Shown piece by piece: positions 45,966 through 59,453 of a stretch of DNA of 64,000 nt. Under the pieces are notes generated by a model. It did no database searches. It was not told the origin of the DNA and worked only from the letters and a program-made list of their open reading frames with translations. A program made the translations under genes and the position numbers. The number at the start of each line of letters is the position of its first letter. The first letter of the stretch is position 1. The DNA comes from Octopus vulgaris (Eukaryota), in the NCBI GenBank assembly GCA_951406725.2, contig OX597840.1, positions 22,692,001-22,756,000 of the forward strand, written 5' to 3'.

Positions 45966-48728
45966 CATGCATATACAGCTGCGTGTTTGCACACATACGC
46001 GAGTACTGTCCAAATCTCCGACCATTCACATACAGCTAGCTGCGGAGGCACATGGCCTAGTGGTTAGAACAGCGGACTCGCGGTCGAGGAATTGTGGGTT
46101 CGAATCTCAGACCGGGCGATGTGTGTTTATGAGCGAAACACCTAAACTCCACACAGCTCTGGCAGAAGGTAATGGTGAAACTTCTGCTGACTCTTTCTCT
46201 CACTCTTTCCTCCTGCATCTTGCAGCTCACTTGCGATGGACTGGCGTCCCGTCCTGGCGGGGAACCTATACGCCAAGAAACCGGCCCTTATAAGACAGGC
46301 ATGGCTCAAGAAGGAACAACCATACAGCTAGCTGGCATTCAATTGGCGTATCAAGTTTTGGGCATTTTGATTGGGTTTTGGAAAGAAAATTCACAAAAAA
46401 GTCTCTTCTATTGATTTTTTAATGGATTTGCGGGGTGGCTGGGGAAATGTAAAGATGTGCACGACCACCCTTCGATGGTTTTGAATGACCATAGAAAGTG
46501 CAAGCCCTCTAACTGAAAAATTGTGGATTTGTATAAAGAACACACACACAGACAGACATCTTGCCGTTTATACAGAGATTCTTTATTAACAAATTCAAGT
46601 ATACTATAAAATTTCCAGTAATGAAGTTGTGTCAGAGTGAATATTTTTACAGATGATGACAAATTTGAGGTTCACCTTGACAATATTGAAGTTGATGAAG
46701 GGAAAAAACATTGTGTTTCAGCAGACAAAATAGTTTTAATTGTTGTCATATAAAAAAATCTTTACATAGGTGCAGGAGTGGCTGTGTGGTAAGTAGCTTG
46801 CTTACTAACCACATGGTTCCGGGTTCAGTCCCACTGTGTGGCACCTTGGGGAAGTGTCTTCTACTATAGCCTTGGGCCGACCAAAGCCTTGTGAGTGGAT
46901 TTAGATGGAAACTGAAAGAAGCCCGTTGTATATATATATATATATGTGTGTGTGTGTGCGAGCCCTCTAACTGAAAAATTGTGGATTTGTATAAAGAACA
47001 CACACAGACATTTTGCCGTTTATATATATAGAGGTTTCTTGCCCGCAAGAGATTATGTCCGATCTTTCGTATTCTTCTGTAGGTCTTCCCAAATCACGAT
47101 CATAGGAAATGTTGTTACCAGTTCTTATCAACAAAAACAAAGCTGATAGATATGCACAGGTGTTGCAAATTAAGTTTAATTACCAATAAACATCAGCTTG
47201 GATGACACTTAATCAAATGACAGAGGAAGGTGTCCAATCAAACTGATTATGTAAACAGAATTCTGATTGGTCAAAAGTTTCTTCTTCTCTCAAGCTCTGA
47301 TTTTCTGCCTATTCTTGTCGGAACCTTTGATATGGAGTATCGAAATTTTAATGCCTTTCACACTTCTAAAATGTCAAACAAACTTTAAAATCTGTCACAA
47401 CTGTTTTAGCCGGGAGACGAAACTGATAGTTTGGTAACCTGCTGAAATAAACAATAAAAATTGAAAGGAGAAAAGAAACAGCTTTGCAAGTTTAACTCAG
47501 TGTTTATTGAACAAGAGAGGTGGGAAATTTAAGAAGCGAAATGTTAGAATATACACGTCTGTGAGGAGACATGAACAAGAATAGCAAAGATCTACAATAC
47601 CAAAAGAACTGGTAACACATAAATTACAAGTGTTCTATGAAGAGAACATAAGACTGCTACATAATTCAACATGAATGTGAAACGACATTAAACATCGTAT
47701 AAAGTAAATGAAGGTTGCAGTAGGAATGCTATGTCATATTTACTTAGGGAGTATACATGCACAAGGATGTATTATGATGTTGTCGGCGGTGTTAGATACA
47801 GTAAAATATGGCCTGGACCATGATTACCAGCATCAACGTGAAACTTCAGAAAGTAGTTAACCATTTAATGGTTTTAGTAAATTTATACAGATAAAATAAG
47901 TATTATACCTATTTCTTTATTACCCACAAGGGGCTAAACATAGAGGGGACAAACAAGGACTGACATAAGTATTAAGTCGATTACATCGACCCCAGTGCGT
48001 AACTAGTACTTAATTTATCGAACCCGAAAGGATGAAAGGCAAAGTCGTTACTTAGCGGTTCGGCAAAAGAGACCGATAAAATAAGTACTGGGCTTACAAA
48101 AGAATAAGTCCCGGGGTTGAGTTGCTCGATTAAAGGCGGTGCCCCAGCATGACCGCAGTCAAATGACTGAAATATGTAAGGAGTAAAGTGTATATAGAGA
48201 GAAATGGATGGTGATGGAGATGTATGAGGACATACACAAAAGGTAGTGGTGGTGGGGGGGGAATATTAGTGGTACAGAGGATAGAGGAGGATGTTTCTTA
48301 GAAGTGTGAGGGGCTTATGAATGTGTGTGTGTTACTATATCCTTGCCTGGAGACTGTGTGATAGTTGTGGGTGTCACTGCCATGCAAGCAATGTCCATCG
48401 CCAATCTGCCACACAAATATGTCAGGTCATGGGGAAATATTTTAGTTTGAAACAGGGGAAGGTTGGCAACAGGAAGGGCATCTGGACAGTGAAAATTCAC
48501 CTCAATAAATATCATCTGACCAATGAGAGATTGGCAAATGTGGATATGGAGAACAATGATGACAGATGACTGGTATGGTTTGTCTCTCATGAAGGTTTAA
48601 GGAAGTAGTTACGCTGCTTCTATAAGCAAATGATTTGCCACATGTTTCAATGATATGGCTTCTCTCATGTATGAAGACATTTGAGACTAGACAAAGTGCT
48701 GTTTTTGGGAAATGATTTACCACAGGTA

Positions 48729-50156
48729 TTACAGTGATGTGACTTCTTTTGTATGAATGCGTTTGTGCCTAGTCAGGTGACCATTTTGAGGAAATGATTT
48801 ACCACAGATATCACAATGATATGGCTTCTCTCCTGTATGAATGCGTTTGTGCCTAGTCAGGTGATCACTTTTAGAAAATGATTTACCACAGATATCACAA
48901 TGATATGGCTTCTCTCCTGTATGAATACGATTGTGACCATTTAAAGATCTTTTATCAGAAAATGATTTACCACAGATATCACACTGATATGGTTTTTCCC
49001 CAGTATGAATACGTTTGTGGTTAGTCAGGTGACTATTTTGAGAAAATGATTTACCACAGATATCACAATGATATGGCTTCTCTCCTGTATGAATACGATT
49101 GTGACCATTTAAAGATCTTTTATCAGCAAATGATTTACCACAGATATCACAATGATATGGCTTCTCTCCTGTATGAATACGATTGTGACCATCTAAAGAA
49201 CTTTTATCAGAAAATGATTTACCACAGATATCACACTGATATGGTTTTTCCCCAGTATGAATACGTTTGTGGTTAGTCAGGTGAATATTTTGAGAAAATG
49301 ATTTACCACAGATATCACAATGATATGGCTTCTCTCCTGTATGAATGCGTTTGTGCCTAGTCAGGTTACTATTTTGAGAAAATGATTCACCACAAATATC
49401 ACATTGATATGGCTTCTCTCCTGAATGAATGCGTTTGTGACCAGTTACATGATTAATTCTAGAGAAGGATTTACCACAGATATCACACTGATATGGCTTC
49501 TCTCCTGAATGAATGCGTTTGTGACCAGTCAAGTGACCATTTGTAGAAAATGATTCATCACAAATATCACATTGATATGGCTTCTCTCCTGTATGAATGC
49601 GTTTGTGGTTAGTCAGGTGAATATTTTGAGAAAATGATTTACCACAGAAATCACAATGATATGGCTTCTCTCCTGTATGAACACGTTTGTGAGCAGTTAC
49701 ATGATTAATTCTAGAGAAGGATTTACCACAGATATCACACTGATATGGCTTCTCTCCTGTATGAACATGCTTGTGTGTAGTCAAGGTCCAAGCTACAGAG
49801 AAAGATTTACCACATATATCACAATGATATGGCTTCTCTCCTGAATGAATGTGTTTGTGCCTAGTCAGGTGACTATTTTGAGAAAATGATTTACTACAGA
49901 TATCACAATGATATGGCTTCTCTCCTGTATGAATGCGTTTGTGAATAGTTAAATCACGATATCCAGAGAAAGATTTACCACAGATATCACAATGATATGA
50001 TATTTTGCCCTTTTCATTCTTCTCCTCATCAGAAACATCAATTTCTTCAGACTCTCTTTTACATTCAACTTCAGTCCGATATAATTCATTTTCCATAATT
50101 TTCTTTTTTCTTGTCACAGTACACAAATGTTTTACTTCTTCTCGTATCATCATCAT
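48729..50156 (-). CDS. C2H2 zinc-finger protein ZNF-A3, 475 aa, 15 fingers
   Basis: Intact ORF with the same termini as A1/A2 and a different internal finger order. Confidence 0.92.
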   Translation of the reverse strand: MMMIREEVKHLCTVTRKKKIMENELYRTEVECKRESEEIDVSDEEKNEKGKISYHCDICGKSFSGYRDLTIHKRIHTGEKPYHCDICSKSFSQNSHLTRHKHIHSGEKPYHCDICGKSFSVAWTLTTHKHVHTGEKPYQCDICGKSFSRINHVTAHKRVHTGEKPYHCDFCGKSFSQNIHLTNHKRIHTGEKPYQCDICDESFSTNGHLTGHKRIHSGEKPYQCDICGKSFSRINHVTGHKRIHSGEKPYQCDICGESFSQNSNLTRHKRIHTGEKPYHCDICGKSFSQNIHLTNHKRIHTGEKPYQCDICGKSFSDKSSLDGHNRIHTGEKPYHCDICGKSFADKRSLNGHNRIHTGEKPYHCDICGKSFSQNSHLTNHKRIHTGEKPYQCDICGKSFSDKRSLNGHNRIHTGEKPYHCDICGKSFSKSDHLTRHKRIHTGEKPYHCDICGKSFPQNGHLTRHKRIHTKEVTSL

Positions 50157-50485
50157 CGTTTAACGTCTGCTTTCCATGCTAGCATGGGTTGGACGGTTCA
50201 ACTGGAGTCTGGCAAGCCCGAAGGCTGCACCAGGCCAGTCAGATCTGGCAGTGTTTCTACAGCTGGATGCCCTTCCTAACACCAACAACTCCGAGAGTGT
50301 ATATTGCTCTTAAATATTTCTACTAATATATCTCCATCAAAAGTGATCTTTGTTAATATCTGAAGATGCTGCAAACTGCCTTCTTAATTGCTTTAACTCA
50401 TTAACATTCAGATTACTCTGTCAAATTTAATGCTTATTTATTCAAATTCTTCTGAATTTAATGCTTATTTATTCAAATTCTTCTG

Positions 50486-53400
50486 TGAAGCTGAGGTCAT
50501 CTGATAATCTGAAACGAAAGAGAAACAATAGTGTAAAACATACAAGATAATTAGGAATTAGAGAGATTAAAACAGTGAAAGTTTTACTACATTTTTATAT
50601 AGACATGGCTGTAGAAGTGCAGGGATGGTTGTGTGGTAAGAAGTTGGCTTCCCAACCACATGGTCCTGGGTTCAGTCCCAGCGTGGCAAGGATTTGGTAG
50701 ATGGAAACTAAAAGAAACTTCAAATAATCCAACTACCAAAATATATTCTAACTGAATTAAGCAAAACAGAAATTAAAATATGAAGCACTTTTGACAAGTT
50801 ACCTGACAAAACACACCTGCAACGAGGGAAGCACCACAACTGTTCGTACAGCATCTCACCTGCGAGGCACAGATGCACAATGGGTTGAAACAATTGTAGT
50901 GAATACTAGTCTTGGAAATTCTATTTTCTTTCTCTTTCTCTCATTTTTTAAACTCTACTGACAGGACTGACTCCTGTGCAGGTAGCAAGTGAAGAAACAC
51001 CATTTCAACCCTGTGCTTGAGGAGATCCATTGAGTCAAGTACACCAACATCAAATTCAATGGAAACTGCAGTTGTGATCCCTGCGCCGGTGGCACGTCAA
51101 TGCACCGTCTGAACGTGGCCGATGCCAGCGCCACCTAGACTAGTTTCCATGCCTGTGGCATGTAAAAAGCACCAATCCGATCGTGGCCGTTGCCAGCCTC
51201 GTCTGGCACCTGTGCTGGTGGCACATAAAAAGTTCCCACTACACTCACGGAGTGGTTGGCGTTAGGAAGGGCATCCAGCTGTAGAAACACTGCCAGATCA
51301 GACTGGAGCCTGGCGCAGCCTTCTGGCTTCCCAGATCCCCGGTCAAACCGTCCAACCCATGCTAGCATGGAGAACGGACGTTAAACGATGATGAAGGAAA
51401 TCCTCAAGTAAATCTAGTGTCATTCAAATCCATACTGTCGATGACATCAGATAGTCAAATACAGTGAGCAGGCTTTAAACGGCATACTACAAGATGTCTA
51501 TGCAAATTTAAAATTATCACTCCGTCATCATTTAAAGTCCATTTTACACACTGGCATGGGTTGGATGGTTTGAAAGGAGGTAACCAACTGAAGGGCTGTT
51601 CAGGCTCCATCTCGGATCTTTTCAGTTTCAATGGCAGATTTTCTAGTGGTGTCATATGAAATTGTCACCCATAATTATGACCCTAGTATCGATCTATTGC
51701 ATTTCAATCTATTTTAGGGTTAGGGGTGGCGGGAAGGGTATCTTTTTTCTTCACAAATGTAAATAAATCCAATCTGTTTCTTAAACGAGGCACATATTCA
51801 TACGAGACAGAATGTTTTCACCTCAATAGACGTCATTGATAGGTTGAAATTGCAGAAATTGAAGAAAAAAACAACAAATATCTTACAAACTATAGAATTT
51901 TCTCAATAAAGCCAAGAGAAAAAGATGTTTTATAAACACATTCTACCAGTATACGAAGTTTAAAAGTGTTTAGTTACGTGGAAATTATTTTAAAAAACTG
52001 CCGTTCAAACCGAAAAGATCCCAAATTTACAAACATTTTCTGAAAATTTAAAAGGTAAAGAAGTTATGAGGGGTTAAACCAGAATTTTGCTTCGACTGGA
52101 ATTCTGATGTTGCTTAGATTAACCTCTTAGTTAACCCAATATTGACAATTCACATTTACTTTACATTATGTGAGACCCTTCTGTATATAGATTATAACAA
52201 TAATTATTTTCGTTACATTTCTCTATTTCCTTCAGTTTCTTTCTGATAACTTACTGAACACATAAAAAGAATCGTTGATGTGAACAATACTGATACATTA
52301 ATAACAAATCTATTATAGAAACGGATGTCCAAATGAGAACTTCAGCTACGACAGACAATGGCAGGATATATATATATATATAACACTTACGTATTATTTA
52401 TAGACCCAATGTAGAGGAGGAAGGTGTCACAATCAATCCATTGTAACAATAAGCAGGTAATATTTAGATCCGGTAAGGACGAGGTCGCAGTATGTTCAGG
52501 TAGTGAGAACTTAAGCCAAGGTAGACAACGACAGCTTCGTAAGAAATTCTAGGTTTTATTATAGACGTTATGTTTTTAAGATTAGCGTAATAAAGAATTC
52601 AGTTGATAATTTTTCTACATGTTTAATTAGCAATCACGTCTATCGAATTAAATCTCAGCTAATTATCTGTTGAACGGATGTGACCGGTAATAAACACGAG
52701 GGTCAATCAACAGCAGGGAATGGAAAAATATTGCAGGAGAAAAAGTGCGGGAATTGCTAGGGGGAAATAACTCGACATTTAAAGAGCTCTTTATTCACAC
52801 TTAAGGTTATTTAGTTATCTAAGGTTAATTTTTCATTTAATTATTAGAAAAAGGTTGTAAAAGAAGAGGAAATATAACTTTTTTTCCATTACACTCAAGC
52901 AAAAAATTATTTATGAATTTCTTTCTCTTTCACATTTTCTAAATATCAGTATTTTCTAAATATCAGTGGGGGATAGATTAGTAACTACCATCGACTTATG
53001 TCTCTCACTGGATCTTTATTTTATTTATTCCGAAGCTATGAAAGGTAAAATTAACATCGGCCGAATTTAAGCTCAAAAAAAAAAATAATGTCTGGCCTAA
53101 ATAATTGCCATTAAGTTTGGTACATTACCATAATTTCGTTTCGGTATTCAAAACAAACTAATTCATGTTTTACACATACCCCATTTTTAACGGTATTTTC
53201 TTCTAAGGATCGCTTCTGGTATCTGAGAAGTTCTTTGATCCCTTTTCTGAAATTAGCGACTTTTCTGGATGAACCTTGTAGTTCAGGGGTCAGGATCACC
53301 AGGCTCTATGAAGAGAGTAACTGCAACGTATCCATGGTTGTGTAATCAGCTAAAGAAAGATTCACAATGTCTCAAGCATTCAAATTCAAATTCACGTTAA

Positions 53401-54050
53401 TGGAATTGGATGGTGACAGGGAATCTTGGGAATTCAAGAAAGGAGTGAAATGAAGGAAGAAAATGGGTGTGCTTATTAGATTTGTGTGTTGGGGAGCCAA
53501 CTTCTTACCACACAACCATCCCTGCACCTCTATGGACATGTCTATATAAAAATGTAGTAAAACTTTCACTATTTTAATCTCTCTAATTCCTAATTATCTT
53601 TTATGTTTTACACTGTTGTTTCTCTTTCGTTTCAGATTATCAGATGACCTCAGCTTCACAGGATTTTTATATAAACTACATCATTAGTATTGAACGTCTT
53701 ACTCATAACACGTATAACCCTGTTTCTATAAATATATACTGAATTACTGCAAAATATATCTTCTGAACTCTGACATTTATGTAGCAAAATTTCTCTTTAT
53801 TGTCTGGAATTCACAGAAAATTATATTTGTATTTGAATTAATCCTTTAACATTTGAACTGGGCATACCATTCCCAAATATTCTGCATATTCTATGTTGAA
53901 ATTGCCTACATCTGGCCTCTTACAATCACCCTACAATGTCATATAAACATAAAGAATCACATCGTTGAAATCTTAAAGCAATAAGATAATGAATGATTAA
54001 TTCAGAAGAATTTGAATAAATAAGCATTAAATTTGACAGAGTAATCTGAA
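50486..54050. other. Inverted copy of the A/B intergenic spacer
   Basis: Spacer landmarks (MLAWV and MEPEQ pseudo-ORFs, 400-bp MITE, MSIEVQ/MAVEVQ ends) are in reverse order and strand relative to 17930-21600 and 36350-40010. Confidence 0.93.
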
Positions 54051-54208
54051 TGTTAATGAGTTAAAGCAATTAAGAAGGCAGTTTGCAGCATCTTCAGATA
54101 TTAACAAAGATCACTATTGATGGAGATATATCAGTAGAAATATTTGTTAAGAGTAATATACGAGAAGAAGGAAAACATTTGTGTACTGTGACGAAAGAAA
54201 GGAAAATT

Positions 54209-54820
54209 ATGGAAAATGAATTATATCGGAGTGAAGTTGAATGTAAAAGAGAGTCTGAAGAAATTGATTTTTCTGATGGGGAGAAGAATGAAAAGGGCAA
54301 AATATCATATCATTGTGATATCTGTGGTAAGTCCTTCTCTGGATATCGTTATTTCATGATGCACAAGCGTGTTCATACAGCAAAGAAGCCATATCGGTGT
54401 GATATCTGTGGTAAATCATTTTCTGAAAATGGTAACTTAACTATTCACAAACACATTCATACAGGAGAGAAGCCACATCATTGTGATATCTGTGGTATAT
54501 CATTTTCTCAAAATGCTAACTTAACTCAGCACAAGCGTGTTCATACAGGTGAAAGGCCATATCGTTGTGATATCTGTGGTAAATCCTTCTCTGTCACTAG
54601 TAACTTAACTTGTCACAAACGTGTTCATACAGGAGAGAAGCCATATCAGTGTGATATCTGTGGTAAATCATTTTCTCAAAGTAGTACCTTGACTAACCAC
54701 AAACGCATTCATTCAGGAGAGAAGCCATATCAGTGTGATATCTGTGGTAAATCATTTTCTCAAAATGGTCACCTGACTAGGCACAAACGCATTCATACAA
54801 AAGAAGTCACATCACTGTAA
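54209..54820 (+). CDS. C2H2 zinc-finger protein ZNF-B3, 203 aa from first ATG, 6 fingers
   Basis: Intact ORF exactly 7 x 28 aa shorter than B2. Confidence 0.88.
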   Translation: MENELYRSEVECKRESEEIDFSDGEKNEKGKISYHCDICGKSFSGYRYFMMHKRVHTAKKPYRCDICGKSFSENGNLTIHKHIHTGEKPHHCDICGISFSQNANLTQHKRVHTGERPYRCDICGKSFSVTSNLTCHKRVHTGEKPYQCDICGKSFSQSSTLTNHKRIHSGEKPYQCDICGKSFSQNGHLTRHKRIHTKEVTSL

Positions 54821-57542
54821 TACCTGTGGTAAATCATTTCCCAAAAACAGCACTTTGTCTAGTCTCAAATGTCTTCATACATGAGAGAAGCCATATCATT
54901 GAAACATGTGGCAAATCATTTGCTTATAGAAGCAGCATAACTACTTCCTTAAACCTTCATGAGAGACAAACCATACCAGTCATCTGTCATCATTGTTCTC
55001 CATGTCCACATTTGCCAATCTCTCATTGGTGAGATGATATTTATTGAGGTGAATTTTCACTGTCCAGATGCCCTTCCTGTTGCCAACCTTCACCTGTTTC
55101 AAACTAAAATATTTCCCCATGACCTGACATGTTTTTGTGGCAGATTGGCGATGGACATTGCTTGCATGGCAGTGACACCCACAACTATCACACAGTCTCC
55201 AGGCAAGGATATAGTAACACACACACACACACACACATTCATAAGCCCCTCACACTTCTTTGAAACATCCCCCTCTATCCTCTGTACCACTAATATTCCC
55301 CCACCACCACTACCTTTTGTGTATGTCCTCATACATCTCCAACACCCTCCATTTCTCTCTATATATCTATCATTCTCTCCTTTCTTTTCCTACTGGAATC
55401 GTCAGGTTTCTCCTCTATAGTAAGACACTAGTCTCTCTCCTGCTGTTATACATCAACCTCCCAACTGACAAAAAGCCATCCCCCTCGCTTCCACTCCCTC
55501 TGACAACCGAGTGGATCTTTATCTTGCGAGTTACTAGGTGATCCCCAATGATGCTGGTGCCACATAAAAAGCACCCAATGCACTTAGTAAAGGGGTTGGT
55601 GTTAGGAAGGGCCTCCAGCCATAGAAACCTTGCCAAAGCAGACAATAGATCCCCAGGACTTATTCTTTCTACACCTAGTACTTATTCTATCTGTCCCTTT
55701 TGCCAAACTGCTTAACACACCAGCATCGGTTGTCAAGCGATATTGGGGGACAAACACAAACATAGGCGCAGGAGTGGCTGTGTGGTAAGTAGCTTGCTAA
55801 CCAACCACATGGTTCCGGGTTCAGTCCCACTGCATGGCATCTTGGGCAATTGTCTTCTGCTATAGCCTCGGGCCGACCAATGCCTTGTGAGTGGATTTGG
55901 TAGACGGAAACTGAAAGAAGCCAGTCGTATATATGTATATATATATGTGTGTTTGTTTCTGTGTCTGTGTTTGTCCCCCTAGCATTGCTTGACAACCTAT
56001 GATGGTGTGTTTACGTTCCCGTCACTTAGCGGTTCGGCAAATAAGTGCCGGAGTCGATTTGCTCGACTAAAGGCGGTGCTCCAGCATTGCCGCAGACAAA
56101 TGACTGAAACAAGTAAAAGAGAAAAGAGAGAGAGATATACATACACATAACAGGCTTCATTTAGTTTCCACCCACCAAATCCACTCACAGGGCTTTGGTC
56201 GGCTCGAGGTTATTATAGAAGACACTTACCCAAGGTGTCCATGCTTGGCATGGGTTGTACATTTTGACCAGGGCTGGAAGGCTGCATCTGATTCCTGTCT
56301 GATTTCGCATGGTTTCTACGGCTGGATGCTCTTCCTTTCACCAACCACTCTGAGAGTGTAATGGGTGCTCAACAATAGAATGAAGAGTTAATGAATGCAG
56401 ATGTCCGAAATGTGGAACATTCTTGAAAGTACTGGAAGGTTTGGAATTCCATTTTAAACAAGGACAGAGATTCATAATTGAGACTGATTTCACTTGTGCA
56501 TCAAAAATTTAATTTGTGCAATAACTAGTTCAGGATGTGAACACACAAAAAAGAAGAAGCATGGATGTCCCTCAGACAGAGAACACATTTCATGAGGAAT
56601 AGATTCATTTCCCAAGTTACAGACATTGTTTATGAGTTTTATTTTTCAAGCACAACATCCAAATTTTGAAAGCTTCTACTACCATAATAAATGCATCTGT
56701 GTCTTACCAAGAAGTTTATAAAGAGCAAAGGAATGCTTCTCAGTAAACAACTCTAGACTTGTTTCTTTGCTTGTGAATCAGTGGTCACGTCTACAAATGA
56801 TGGTGTCCCTGAGTCTTTTCAAAGTGATTCAGAAAACAATTATAATAATAATATTTTGTTTATTCTAAATGATCTTGACATTGTTTTTACTTTACATAAA
56901 ATATTCTTTACATTCTACTGTTGTTTTATTGTCATTTATTTACAAGTATTATGAATTTTAGAGGCAAAATATTTTTCTGGGAATGAATTACAGTTTATAA
57001 CATTGCTTCTCTGGGAAATTATTGCTTTGCTTTATGAGTTTTCACTTTAGGAGCAATCTCCAGGAAGAAATTAACTCATATATCAAGGCATTATTGTCTC
57101 TGACATTATTTTGGCACAAGGCCAGCAATTTCAGGGGAAGGAATAAGTTGAATAACCACATGGATCAGCATGTGTGCTTTTTACATGAACTAGGACAGTG
57201 GCCTTTTACAGGGACCAGCTGAGATCCCCTTCGGTCATGATTGACTATGGGATTGCACCTAGAAAGTTACCCTCCCAGGCACAAGTCCGGGCAAGGTTGT
57301 TTATGGAAGACCAGCAGTCGCCCATGCATACCGGCCTCTCCTCTCCACGCCACCAGTGTTATCCAAGGGAAAGGCAAAGGGGCCGGTACAGCTTGGCACC
57401 AGTGATGTCACAACTCATTTCTACAGCTGAGTGAACTGGAGCAATGTGAAATAAAGTGTCTTGCTCAAGAACACAACATGTAGCCTGGTTCGGGATTTGA
57501 ACTCACAACCTCACATTCATAAGCTCAATGCTCAAACCAGTG

Positions 57543-57905
57543 ACATATATATATACATGTATATATATATGTATATATATACATATATACATACATATAT
57601 ATATATACATACATATGTATATATATATACATACATATGTATATATATACATACATATGTATATATATATATATACATATATATATATGTATATATACAT
57701 ACATATATATGTATATATACATACATATGTATATATATATATATGTATATATATATATGTATATATACATACATATGTATATATATATATATATACATAT
57801 ATATGTATATATACATACATATGTATATATACATACATATGTATATATACATACATACATATATGTATATATATATATATATATATATACATACATATCT
57901 ATATA
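57543..57905. repeat. Degenerate (TA)/(TACA)/(TATG) microsatellite; shorter homologue at 8340-8550
   Basis: Low-complexity tract; overlapping Y/I/H/M-rich ORFs are artefacts. Confidence 0.92.
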
Positions 57906-59415
57906 AGAATTGTTTGTGTAAGGAGATAAACAAAACCAAGGCTGTGTAGATATTAGAACGTTTATAGACCTTCTATCTATAAATGTTCTCATATCTACAC
58001 AGCCTTGGTTCTTTATCTCATTACGCAAAATATTGTTATATACACACGCTGACATGTGACCAATGTTGAAACCCCTTCGAAAAATTACCGAAACTGGAAC
58101 TTCACTATGGTATCTATAGCAGTTCTTCAACATTACCTATTATAACATATATATATATATGTACACCATAAAAACACACGTAATTTTCTGGATAAAAACT
58201 GTTAAAAAGAAGCTTCTACTCATGTAAAATTCACACCCAATTTTTAGCCAGAGGGAAAAGGTTTCCAATTTAGTTGTATTTAGCATAATTTCACTTATGA
58301 TTAGATTCTATTAAATTTTCCCTAATTAAAAATAATTTGTTTAACAGGTATCACATTGAAAGTTATTAAATTATGAAGTGTTTGTGTTGTTTATAATAAA
58401 CTTTATTTTACACTAGCACTATGACCCAGCAACACCGGGTCATAGTGCTAGTGCATGCATATACAGCTGCGTGTGTGCACACATACGCGAGTACTGTCCA
58501 AATCTCCGACCATTCACATACAGCTAGCTGCGGAGGCACATGGCCTAGTGGTTAGAACAGCGGACTCGCGGTCGAGGAATTGTGGGTTCGAATCTCAGAC
58601 CGGGCGATGTGTGTTTATGAGCGAAACACCTAAACTCCACACAGCTCTGGCAGAAGGTAATGGTGAAACTTCTGCTGACTCTTTCTCTCACTCTTTCCTC
58701 CTGCATCTTGCAGCTCACTTGCGATGGACTGGCGTCCCGTCCTGGCGGGGAACCTATACGCCAAGAAACCGGCCCTTATAAGACAGGCATGGCTCAAGAA
58801 GGAACAACCATACAGCTAGCTGGCATTCAATTGGCGTATCAAGTTTTGGGCATTTTGATTGGGTTTCAGAAAGAAAATTCACAAAAAAGTCTCTTCTATT
58901 GATTTTTTAATGGATTTGCGGGGTGGCTGGGGAAATGTAAAGATGTGCACGACCACCCTTCGACGGTTTTGAATGACCATAGAAAGTGCAAGCCCTCTAA
59001 CTGAAAAATTGTGGATTTGTATAAAGAACACACACACAGACAGACATCTTGCCGTTTATATAGAGATTCTTTATTAACAAATTCAAGTATACTATAAAAT
59101 TTCCAGTAATGAAGTTGTGTCAGAGTGAATATTTTTACAGATGATGACAAATTTGAGGTTCACCTTGACAATATTGAAGTTGATGAAGGGAAAAAACATT
59201 GTGTTTTAGCAGACAAAATAGTTTTAATTGTTGTCATGTAAAAAATCTTCACATAGGTGCAGGAGTGGCTGTGTGGTAAGTAGCTTGCTTACTAACCACA
59301 TGGTTCCGGGTTCAGTCCCACTGTGTGGCACCTTGGGGAAGTGTCTTCTACTATAGCCTTGGGCCGACCAAAGCCTTGTGAGTGGATTTAGATGGAAACT
59401 GAAAGAAGCCCGTTG

Positions 59416-59453
<38 letters not shown>

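Noticed and set aside
46044-46116. Possible tRNA gene
   Set aside because: The tRNA-like head runs directly into a SINE body and has no convincing acceptor stem; the same applies to other A/B-box sequences here
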